A stretch of DNA of 64,000 nt, from NCBI GenBank assembly GCA_950097015.1, contig CATNEN010000003.1:4588001-4652000 (forward strand). Reading direction: 5' to 3'. Positions 1 through 9,700 of this stretch are shown here, piece after piece. Below the pieces are notes generated by a model that was given only the letters and a program-made list of their open reading frames with translations, was not told the DNA's origin and did no database searches. The first letter of the stretch is position 1, and the number at the start of each line of letters is the position of its first letter. Made by a program: the position numbers and the translations under genes. The stretch comes from Macrostomum hystrix (taxonomy: Eukaryota > Animalia > Platyhelminthes).

Positions 1-1
1 C

Positions 2-3000
2 ACCGGCCAACTTCTCCGCCTTGGAGAGCTTGATTGCACACTCAACGGGTACGTCTATGCCCTCTGGAGCCGACTTCCGCCTGACTTTCAGAGCGAGATC
101 CGCAATGTTCGCGCTTCCAACGGACAGCCTCTCATACCCACCATGGCCGAGCTCCAGGATCATCTGGACCGCAAGCGCAAGACCCTCCGGGCTGCGTCCG
201 CCACCGTGCCGGCTGTGCCGTACGCATCCGCAGCTCTTTTAGGCGACACTGCTTGCAGACCGACACCTGCTCGCAGCGAACGACGGCCGACAACAGTTCC
301 ACGTGCTGAACCTGCTCATCGCACTACTACTACACCACGGCCTACCGCAGTTTCCACTCCTATTGCCGGTCCACAACACTGGAGGTCAAGCAAGAACTGT
401 CTCTACTGCGACGGCTCCGACCACGTTGCCATGTCCTGCAACAAGGTTCGCAAGCCCGACGACCGCCTTAAGATCGTCAGGCAGAAGAACCTCTGCCGTA
501 ACTGCCTCCGCCGTCACCACACCAAAGACTGCCGTGACAACCGACGCTGCCGCGAGTGCGAAGCCCCGCACCACACCACGCTCCACGGGGCCACATTCGA
601 GAGTACCATCACCGAAAATCGCTCACCGAATCCTCGTAACAACGCCCACCTCAACGCCGCTAGAGATGCCGACTCCAAGGAGGCCAACTCCCTTGTCTCT
701 GCCGCAGCCGATGGAGGCCTCGTTCCCACCATCATGGCCACTCTCCGCGCGAAGGCCGTCAACCCTAAAGATGGCCGCGCCATCGACTGCAACATCCTCA
801 TCGACACTGGCTGCTCCTATTCTCACCTCGACGGCGCCGTCGCCCGCAAGCTTGGCCTCAAGGCTGCCAGGAAACTCACGATCGCCACCTCCACCTTCCA
901 CACCGAATCCAGGCGCCATGTCACCGCGGATCTCGTGAATTTTGACCTCCAGGCTCCAGACGGCCGCCGCTGGCCAATCACCGCCCTCGCCTCCGAACAG
1001 CTGGCAGCTCCAATCTACATGCCTGCTGTCAACCTCCCAAAGGATGTCATTAACACCCTCAAGAGCGTACCCAACGGCGTCTGCAACCTACCGCCCGCTC
1101 ACGACAGGGACGTTTCTCTTGATCTCATCCTCGGCGGCGACGTCAACCAACTACTCATCGGCCCCGCGGTTCCTGCTCTGGCGCTGCGCCCAACGCTCAC
1201 GGCCTACCTGACACCATTCGGTGCCATCCTCAACGGCTCCCTAGGCACAACGAACAGCCGCGTCAACGGCCTCCTAGGCTCGTCTCAGGCACTAGTCGCT
1301 AACACCTATCTCAACGACAACGGACTCCGTCTCGAACAGCTACTCGACAGCATGTCGAATCTCGAAGCTCTGGGCATCGACAAAGACGCCGGAAAGCCCT
1401 GCATGCAAGACGACGCCTCCCGACGCCTCCTCGCCACCGCCAGCCGCGACCCGGAGGGTCGCATCTTCGTCGACCTGCCGTTCAAGCCTGGTGCAGAGCT
1501 TCTGCCTTCCAATTTTGGCCAAGCCTTCGGTCGCGCTCAAGCCACTCACCGCCGTCTCAGTCTTCCCGAACGCGAGGCCTATTACGCAGAATTTGAGAAA
1601 CGCAAAGAAGAAGGAGTCCTAGAACTCGTTACCACCGACCAGCCAGCCGGCCCAGTCGTCCATGTCCTGCCACATTTCCCGGTCTTTAAGGAGAGCTCAA
1701 GCACAACCAAGATCCGCCCCGTCGTCGACGCCTCCGCCAAGACTTCTCTGGCTGGGACTGCGCTTAATGACCTCCTGGACACCGGACCCAACATTCTGAC
1801 CTCCATGCTCCAGGTCCTTCTAGTGCACCGTTCCCACCGTTTTGCCATTTCATCTGATCTAAAGGCTGCCTTTTATCAGATCGGCGTCCACAAGCCACAA
1901 CGCGACGCCCTCCGCATCATCCTCCCAAAGGACATCACCAAACCGCTCCTTCAGGGCAATTACGAGGTCTGGCGCTTTACTCGAATTGTCATGGGGGCAT
2001 CTCCCAGCCCCTGGATACTTTTAGCAGTCCTCCACAAGATCTGCCACGATGCTCTAAGCTCCAGAGACTCCGGCCTTTACCGCACTGAGCTCGAGCGCGT
2101 CATAGGCGGTCTCTACGTCGACAATCTCGTTGTTGGCACCGACACCGAACACGATGCGACTCGCCTCGTCCATCGCCTTCGTGGGCTCTTCCATCGCGCT
2201 TGCTTCCACCTCCGCGAGTTCGCCACCAACATCCCCGGCTGTCTCGTTGACCTCCCCGATGAGGACCGCCTCGCCGACAACCCGGTTGGCCTCCTAGGAC
2301 TCAGATGGGACACAGTTCGCGACGCCGTCTCCCTCAAGAAGCCTAACCTACCGAGCCCCGAGGAGCTGACCCGCCGTACTCTTTGCAGAGGTGTCTACAC
2401 CCCTTTCGACCCGGTTGGCTACGCCACGCCGCTCATCCTCGGCGCCCGCCTCCTCTATCGCCAGAGCTTCCAAGCCTCAGACTCCTGGGATGAAGCCGTC
2501 CGTCCCGAGGTCCGTGCGGCATGGGCCAAACTTTTGCCCGACCTCCTCCGCCTCGACGAGATCACTGTCCCACGCTTCGCTCTCCAGGATGCTGACCAAC
2601 CGGTCCGCCTCGTTGTCTTCTCTGACGGTGCCCCAGGCGCCTACGGGTTCACCATCTATATCTGGCAGTGCCTCGGCTCTAACATCACCTGCCGCCTCGT
2701 CTTTGCCAAGACCCGCCTTGCCCCTACAGCTAGGAAAGGCCTGCTCGTCACCGTCCCACGCCTCGAGCTCTGGTCCGCCCTCATCGCCACCCGCGCCGCA
2801 TCTTTCATTCTCGATGCTCTGCGAAACCACCTTAAGTTCGAAGGGGTCACTCATTTTATCGACAGCCAGATCGTGCTCTACTGGCTTGCCAACGGGAAAA
2901 AGCTCCGTGCCTACGAGTCGCGTCGCGTTCAGCAGATCCTCGACTCCGACGTGACCCGTGACTACCGCTACGTGCCCACGGCCGCGAACCCTGCCGACCA

Positions 3001-4936
3001 CTGCACAAAGCCGCTCAGCTTTGCTCAACTGCAACAGTCCAACTACTACGAGGGACCTGCCTTCCTCAAGGAGCCATTCACCGAGTGGCCTTCCTGGACC
3101 GCTGCAATGCCTGATCCTCGTCTTCTGGACGGCGTTCCGACCAGTAAGACGGCTACAGCATCCGTCGCCACTCTACTCGCTGCGGGATCCACCACCCACA
3201 CGACGCCTGGCCACCTGAGCCTCAGACGCTCCGACCGGCTAGAACGCATTCTAGGTGTCACCTGCTACTTCCTCCGTCTGAAGGCCTTCATGCTGCGCCG
3301 GCCATTCTCGAAGGACTTCCCGCCTTCCCATGCTGAGCGTCAGGCGGCCTTGCTTCTTTGGATTCGATCAGCCCAGACTGAGTGCTACGGTGCTGTCATC
3401 CGAGCCCTCGAGTCCGGCCGACCTAAATCCGAGAAGATCATTGCCCAGCTGGACCTTCATCTCTGTGACGGCCTCATCCGCTTGGGTAGTCGCTTTGCCA
3501 ACGCTTCCATGGACGAAGACTCCAAGTACCCGCTCCTGCTGCCACCTGGCCACTGCCTGACCCGGCTGCTTGCCCTGCTCCTCCACCGTCAAAGCAGCCA
3601 CGCTGGTGCCTCAACCGTCCTCGCAATGCTTCGCGACAAATACTGGGTGCCGAAAGGCCTACTGACAGTCCGTGAAGCACTCTCAAGCTGCATCCAGTGC
3701 CGCCTCGCCAAAGGCTCAACCCGAGCACCACCAGGACATGGCCAGCTACCCAAGGAGCGACTCGATGCTGAAGCTGGTCCCTTCGCCTCCGTGCTCGTCG
3801 ACCAGCTCGGGCCCGTCTTCACCTACGACCGCAAGCTTCGACTCTCCACCAAGCGCTGGGCCCTGCTCGTCACCTGCTGCACGACAAGAGCTCTTCACAT
3901 CGAGACCCTCTACGACTACTCCGCCGATGCTGTACTCCATGCCTTCGAGCGCTTCTGGTGCCGCCGCGGTCTCACCAAATGTGCTATCTACCTCGACCAG
4001 GCCACCGCCTTCCAAGCCGCCGGCAAGTACGTGGAGAGCCACATCGCCACCGCCTTCCAGAAAAAGCTTCATGCCGACCTTCAGCCGCTGGCTGCAGCGC
4101 GACCCCTCGTGTTTAAGTTCGCGCCAGTCCGAGCTCCCTGGCACCAAGGGGCAGTCGAGCGGCTCGTCGCCCTCACCAAGTCCAGCCTTCGTCCTGCCCT
4201 CTGGCGCAAGCGTATATCCGATGAAGAGCTGCACACTCTCCTCGTCAAGATCGAGGCCATACTAAACTGCCGGCCACTGACAACCGTCTCCAACGACCCG
4301 GCAGATCCATCACCGCTGACTCCGGCTCATCTCCTCGGGGTTGGCCCTCACCTGCTCCTTCCAGTCAACGACGACACCTTTCTACCAGCCGGCACCTCCG
4401 CGGCGGACCATCTTCGAGCTCTTCATCGCCGCCGCGACGCCATCCTCAACGCGTTCTGGGACCGGTGGAACCGAGAGTACCTCAATCACCTCCGTTCTGT
4501 CCATCTTCAAGAGCGGCGCCGCCACCGCCAGAACGCCAGTGAGTTCCACCTCGACCAGGTCTGCCTCCTTGCCGAACCGACGCCCAGAGCGACATGGAAG
4601 CTGTGCCGCATCCTCCAACTGCACCCGGATCCCGCTGGCATCATCCGGTACGTCACCATCCGCACAACTTCTGGCCACGAGGTCTGCCGATCCGTTGCCC
4701 ACCTCGTCCCGCTCGAGTGCGACACCGGCGCTTCACAGCCCATCGTTCTGGCGGCGGGTCTACCCGGCTCGTCCACAGGCTCGTCCACCAGCTCATCCGC
4801 CGGCTTATCAGCCGGTTCGTCCGCCGGCTCGTCGGCTAGCACCACCGAAGCGGCCGGCACCGCCGACGGCCTCTCTGCCAGAGATCTTCGCGCCTTTCGC
4901 CGCCAGGCGATTCGCGATGGCATCTGTGACATGTGA
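2..4936 (+). CDS. BEL/Pao LTR retrotransposon Gag-Pol polyprotein (5'-truncated by window edge)
   Basis: The frame of ORF 143..4936 is open from position 2. Three BEL-type Zn knuckles (CLYC..H..C, CRNC..H..C, CREC..HHTTLH), protease ILIDTGCSYS, RT (SDLKAAFYQI, YVDN), RNase H (VFSDGA, KTRLAP, VPRLEL, DSQ, NPAD), integrase (H..H..CIQC; D..D..E with PWHQGAVER). No stops. Confidence 0.96.
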   Translation, partial: TGQLLRLGELDCTLNGYVYALWSRLPPDFQSEIRNVRASNGQPLIPTMAELQDHLDRKRKTLRAASATVPAVPYASAALLGDTACRPTPARSERRPTTVPRAEPAHRTTTTPRPTAVSTPIAGPQHWRSSKNCLYCDGSDHVAMSCNKVRKPDDRLKIVRQKNLCRNCLRRHHTKDCRDNRRCRECEAPHHTTLHGATFESTITENRSPNPRNNAHLNAARDADSKEANSLVSAAADGGLVPTIMATLRAKAVNPKDGRAIDCNILIDTGCSYSHLDGAVARKLGLKAARKLTIATSTFHTESRRHVTADLVNFDLQAPDGRRWPITALASEQLAAPIYMPAVNLPKDVINTLKSVPNGVCNLPPAHDRDVSLDLILGGDVNQLLIGPAVPALALRPTLTAYLTPFGAILNGSLGTTNSRVNGLLGSSQALVANTYLNDNGLRLEQLLDSMSNLEALGIDKDAGKPCMQDDASRRLLATASRDPEGRIFVDLPFKPGAELLPSNFGQAFGRAQATHRRLSLPEREAYYAEFEKRKEEGVLELVTTDQPAGPVVHVLPHFPVFKESSSTTKIRPVVDASAKTSLAGTALNDLLDTGPNILTSMLQVLLVHRSHRFAISSDLKAAFYQIGVHKPQRDALRIILPKDITKPLLQGNYEVWRFTRIVMGASPSPWILLAVLHKICHDALSSRDSGLYRTELERVIGGLYVDNLVVGTDTEHDATRLVHRLRGLFHRACFHLREFATNIPGCLVDLPDEDRLADNPVGLLGLRWDTVRDAVSLKKPNLPSPEELTRRTLCRGVYTPFDPVGYATPLILGARLLYRQSFQASDSWDEAVRPEVRAAWAKLLPDLLRLDEITVPRFALQDADQPVRLVVFSDGAPGAYGFTIYIWQCLGSNITCRLVFAKTRLAPTARKGLLVTVPRLELWSALIATRAASFILDALRNHLKFEGVTHFIDSQIVLYWLANGKKLRAYESRRVQQILDSDVTRDYRYVPTAANPADHCTKPLSFAQLQQSNYYEGPAFLKEPFTEWPSWTAAMPDPRLLDGVPTSKTATASVATLLAAGSTTHTTPGHLSLRRSDRLERILGVTCYFLRLKAFMLRRPFSKDFPPSHAERQAALLLWIRSAQTECYGAVIRALESGRPKSEKIIAQLDLHLCDGLIRLGSRFANASMDEDSKYPLLLPPGHCLTRLLALLLHRQSSHAGASTVLAMLRDKYWVPKGLLTVREALSSCIQCRLAKGSTRAPPGHGQLPKERLDAEAGPFASVLVDQLGPVFTYDRKLRLSTKRWALLVTCCTTRALHIETLYDYSADAVLHAFERFWCRRGLTKCAIYLDQATAFQAAGKYVESHIATAFQKKLHADLQPLAAARPLVFKFAPVRAPWHQGAVERLVALTKSSLRPALWRKRISDEELHTLLVKIEAILNCRPLTTVSNDPADPSPLTPAHLLGVGPHLLLPVNDDTFLPAGTSAADHLRALHRRRDAILNAFWDRWNREYLNHLRSVHLQERRRHRQNASEFHLDQVCLLAEPTPRATWKLCRILQLHPDPAGIIRYVTIRTTSGHEVCRSVAHLVPLECDTGASQPIVLAAGLPGSSTGSSTSSSAGLSAGSSAGSSASTTEAAGTADGLSARDLRAFRRQAIRDGICDM

Positions 4937-5097
4937 CTAATGCTTATCAATTTTACTACTGTGACGAATAAATTGACCAATTGACTATGTTTAAAGCTTT
5001 AACCGCTCCCGAAGTTCATCCGACCACCCGTGCTAGCCAACTACTTTTCGTCGTGAACTCAGTTTTGCCTGTTGTCCTCCGCCCTCCCCGGAAAAAA

Positions 5098-5458
5098 TGT
5101 CAGAATTCATCTTCCAATGTTTTGTGTTATTCGTGCCCCCCCCCCGAACCTGTCGGATTATAATCCTCCAATTCTTCGCCTCTTTTGGGCCTTCGTCTTC
5201 GTCTTACGTTTTCATGTACTTTTAGTCCCCTTAACACATTAGTTGCAGCTAACCTTATTTATTGTCTGTGACCTCATCCATTTGCGTTTACCACTTTTAT
5301 ATCTATGTACAAGACCACCTCTCCGTTACAGGTTCTCTTAGCGTGTAAGCGTGCCCTCAAGCGTGTCCATGTTCCTTTCTATCTGCCTCACCTTTTGCTT
5401 CCACTGCCACTAAATAAACTCCATCCAAACTGCTAATTAGTTTGTTGTCCAAGCGACA
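5098..5458 (+). repeat. 3' LTR (~361 bp)
   Basis: Starts TGTC right after the purine run, ends GACA (terminal inverted repeat), AATAAA near 5412. SINE sequence resumes at 5459. The 5' LTR is outside the window, so identity cannot be checked. Confidence 0.8.
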
Positions 5459-5512
5459 CCAAATGATGTGCCATTGCCCGCAGCCCTCCTGCAATTATTA
5501 TTATTATTATTA
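5459..5512 (+). mobile_element. 3' end of tRNA-SINE family 1, interrupted by the LTR element
   Basis: CCAAATGATGTGCCATTGCCCGCAGCCCTCCTGCAATT(ATT)n matches the reverse complement of ~15925-15972. Confidence 0.88.
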
Positions 5513-5581
5513 TCGATCAAGCTATCAACCCATCAATCAATCAATCAGGCTATCAATCCATCAAGTCAGCAGGCCTCTCAC

Positions 5582-5984
5582 CTTGATGTCTGTAGGCGTA
5601 GACGGAGTTTCGCCAAGGAGCGCCGCAGATTTGGCTGGAGTCGCCGCTGCAGGCGGTGTTGCACTGAGCCTCACTAACCTGACCAATCCTGCCATAGGTG
5701 GAGCCGCAGAAGCATTCAGCAACTGACTGCACAGCGAAGTAGTGGAATCCAGATCCCACTGAGCAGATGCGGCTGCACAGCTGCACAGTCATGCCGGAGC
5801 TGTCCCGCACTGCTCCGTAGTACTGAACGCTGAATGAGCCCAGCTGTTGAATGCCTACAAGACCGTCTAGATCTCTGCTGTTTGAGTCTGAGAAGCAGCC
5901 AATGTAGGTGTACTGTCTATTGGCAGCTGCTGACAGAGAAAAGGCAGCTGTCAATAAGATTGATTGCAGAGCAAGCATGTCCAA
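5582..5984 (-). CDS. Secreted/membrane WSC-domain protein, first coding exon
   Basis: Signal peptide (MLALQSILLTAAFSLSAAA), WSC motifs YIGCFSD, MTVQLC...C, YFAVQ..ECFCG, C...CSGDSSQICG. Donor CAAG|GTGAGA at 5582/5581 suggests further exons beyond the left edge. Confidence 0.88.
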
Positions 5985-6718
5985 ATGTTTTCAATGAATT
6001 TTCCAGTGGCTTCAGACTGCACGGATCTCTGCGTGGGAAAACTAAAATGTGGCAAAGGGGTGGTATCTAAGCGCCATGATAAATTATACTAACTGTTGGG
6101 TTTTTTGGTTTAAAATCTTCCTGTTTCTTCCCGCGATAAAACTGTCTCACCCGCTCACCCCATGGCGATCAATAGTGAGGGACCTATGAGCATTGAGTTG
6201 TGAGTACGGTGTCTTACAGATAAACTGCACGGCCAAATTGACATTTGAGCAGTACCTAGGTAGAACTGATCATTTCCGTATGGGTAAACAAGATTTGAAT
6301 TCATTTTACTAGTCAAATTTGAACAATTTATTGTAAACTATATTTACTACTTAAAGTAGAGATCAACGACCTGGAAGGCATTTATTGAATTAAACTGTAA
6401 AAAATGTCGAAATGTGTTGTCATATCTAGCATATTAGCACACAAATTTAGTTCCATATTGCTTTGTTCAAATCAAGGTCAAACATCAAAGTGTCTAGATA
6501 GAAACAAATGAAAGATTGTAGAGAACAACAATGCATGCGTAGCGATATTTTTAACTCTACGCAATGATATATTTGGATGAAAAAGAAAGATGCTTCAAGC
6601 ATAAAAAAGGCAGAGTGGTTTAAATTTTTACTGAAAATAAATGTTTTTAAAACAAAGCTGGTTTTGATTTTGTAGGCTAAAAAGATGCACTTTAATGAAA
6701 AAGTCCTTTCTGAGCAGA

Positions 6719-9700
6719 TCAAGCAGTCATTGCAATCGACTCATACTGGTCATTTCTGTTATTTTCGTTGTTGTCTCGCCCAAGTACTCCGGGCCTATTG
6801 CACCGCTTGTAGACTACAAATGCTGCTGCAGATGCTAGCAAGATAAGCGACAACACAAATGCCAGGACTACATAGCCCTGCGATCCGGATTTCACAGCTG
6901 TGACCTGCCTGTCAGCACATGAGTCATCAGTGCCAATCTGATGCTTAGGGTCCAATCGCAGATTGAGCAGGACTCGATCATCCGAGATCTTATTGTCCGT
7001 GGACAAAGATATCTCCCAGCTGTCTTTTGTAGTCGACCCGAAATGCAGAGCTTGAATCTTCACCAGAGAGCCAGACTGTGCAGCTGTGCTGTTGCTGCAA
7101 TGGTCGCGGGTTTTCATGTCTAATATTTGATCTGGACTTTCTGATAGGGCCTTCCAGAGAGAGGCATGATACAGGTGAGAGAGTAGGGGGAGAGTTTGAA
7201 GAGGAGGAAATCAATGATTAGGAAGGAAGGGAGAGAAGAGAGTTAAGAGTACGGAGGAGAGACAGAAGACAGGGAAGAGGAGAGATTAGAGATTATGAGA
7301 GGAGAGGGAGGAGGAGGGAATAGATATAGGAGAGAGGAGACAGGAGTAAGAGGGGGAGAGATTAGAGGTAGGATATATGAGAGAGGAGAGATTAGAGATC
7401 AGAGAGAAAAGAGAAGTCTTCCTAAATTGAAAATTTTTAGATAAATATTATTTAAATCTTCGCTTGCGGACTGAGATTGTGTCCCAGTCTTACCAAACAG
7501 AGTTGTGATCAACACCAAGCACAGGTAGCCACTGAACAGCGCGGCTGCTGTTCCACAGGGGGTAGGCCACAGTGCCGTTACAGCAGCGAAGGCCAACGAG
7601 CAATGACCCGTCACTTAGCGCTCGTTTTAAATCGGCATTCTGAACTGTTATTATGGAAAATATGAGTTGTTGCTTTGTCTGACCATAAATATTGCATTAA
7701 TAAACCATTCTGTCTCTTAATTACTGGCCACAATAACAATATTTTAGGATATCCCTCATGAAAATATTTCATAAAACTCCAGATTCCTGGAAATTAAGTT
7801 TCTTAAAAATCAAGTTTCTTGGAAATGAAGTTTCTTAGAAATTATTTTTTAGAAATCAAGTTGCTTTGAAATTAAGTTTCATAGACGTAAAATTGCTAAG
7901 TAATCTAGTTTCAAGTCTTCATAATACTTGATTTCTTAGAAATCTACTTTTTTTACAAATCTTACTTCTTGGCAATAAACTTTCTTGGTCCAATTTCTTT
8001 CTCATCGTCAGGCAGTGTACACTCTCACTGTGCGTCAAGGAGGTTGGCCCTCAAGGGCGTAAAATCGCACGACAAGCCCCCAAGCCTTCTCTCCGCGGCT
8101 GCGCCCCAAATAAATGTGGCCTCGCCGTGGAATCGAACTCAGGGACCTTTGGTGCCAGAGGCAAACGCGTTAACCGCTCTGCCACCGACCCCCCCCCAAC
8201 GAAGAAAGCTTCTAAACGTTATTTGTGCTCACCCAGACTGCGAATTTCTGACTTGCTTGTAAAGCGAGCAGCTGCTTCACTGAGCAACTGGCAGCTACTC
8301 AGAGGTCGGACTGATCCGCAGACAAAATTTACTGATCGCACAATGTACAGGGCTCTGTCAGATTGAATCGCGATGGTGACTTTGAAGAACAAGTTATTGT
8401 TCATTTTGACTGCTGTGGCGTTGTCAATGTTAGTCAAAATTTCAAGACTTTCACCGCTGAAAATCAATAATTTAGGGGCTAAATGCTATCGAGCTCTGCA
8501 TGAGAAGATACAAGAGAGAAAATCGAGAAAACAGAAGAGAGAAGCATCGAAATAATAGAGAGCAGAAACAAGAGATACGATAGTAAAATGACACAAAAGA
8601 GACAAGAGAGAAGAGACAAGAGAGAAGAGACAAGAGAGAAGAGAGAAGAGAGAAGAGAGAAGAGTGAAGAGAGAACAGAGAACAAAGAAATGAGAAGAGA
8701 GAAGAGAGAAGAGAGAAGAGAAGAGAGAAGAGAGAAGAAAGAAGAGAGAAGAGAGAAGAGAGAATAGAAAATAGAGAGAAAGGACGAGTGAAGAAAAAAC
8801 AGAGGAGAGGTAGGAGAGGAGAATGGAAAGAATAGATGTGCAGAGCTGAGATAGAAAAACAGAAATTATGTATTAAAAAGTGAGTTTTTGTTTAAAAAAT
8901 ACTGTCAAAGTTATCTAAATAAGAAGACTGAAGTAAAAAACTATTGGTTCCAGTTAGAAGGCCTCTCATTTTCTGTGGGGTGGGTGTCGTGGGGTTGCGC
9001 AGTGAAGAAGGGCGAAACTCGGAACCGCGCGTCCAACCAGATCAGTCTCCGGGCCCTTTTAAGGATTCACGGCTACAGTTCGCATGCCACCCAATCGACT
9101 GCCACCCCCCCCGCCATTGCCGAATTCGGGTGCCTAGTTCTGTGACTCTTACTACTGAGTGGGAGGCAGAGAAGTAGAGTGGGAGGAAGAGAGGTAGAGT
9201 GGGAGGAAGAGAGGTAGAGTGGGAAAAAGAGAAGTAGAGTGGGACGAAGAGAGGTAGAGTGGGAGGAAGAGAGGTAGAGTGGGAGGAAGAGAGGTAGAGT
9301 GGGAAAAAGAGAAGTAGAGTGGGAGGAAGAGAGGTAGAGTGGGAGGAAGAGAAGTAGAGTGGGAAAAAGAGAAGTAGAGTGGGAGGAAGAGAGGTAGAGT
9401 GGGAGGAAGAGAGGTAGAGTGGGAAAAAGAGAAGTAGAGTGGGAAAAAGAGAAGTAGAGTGGGACGAAGAGAGGTAGAGTGGGAGGAAGAGAGGTAGAGT
9501 GGGAAAAAGAGAAGTAGAGTGGGAAAAAGAGAAGTAGAGTGGGAGGAAGAGAGGTAGAGTGGGAAAAAGAGAAGTAGAGTGGGAGGAAGAGAGGTAGAGT
9601 GGGAAAAAGAGAAGTAGAGTGGGAGGAAGAGAGGTAGAGTGGGAAAAAGAGAAGTAGAGTGGGAGGAAGAGAGGTAGAGTGGGAGGAAGAGAGGTAGAGT

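Larger units (their letters stand above)
1..5458 (+). mobile_element. BEL/Pao LTR retrotransposon (internal region plus 3' LTR)
   Basis: Gag-pol ORF, then a short 3' UTR, CCCCGGAAAAAA (PPT-like) and a TG..CA-bounded segment. Confidence 0.93.

Noticed and set aside
303-4980. Many overlapping alternative-frame ORFs in the retrotransposon
   Set aside because: By-products of a GC-rich coding frame; no motifs.
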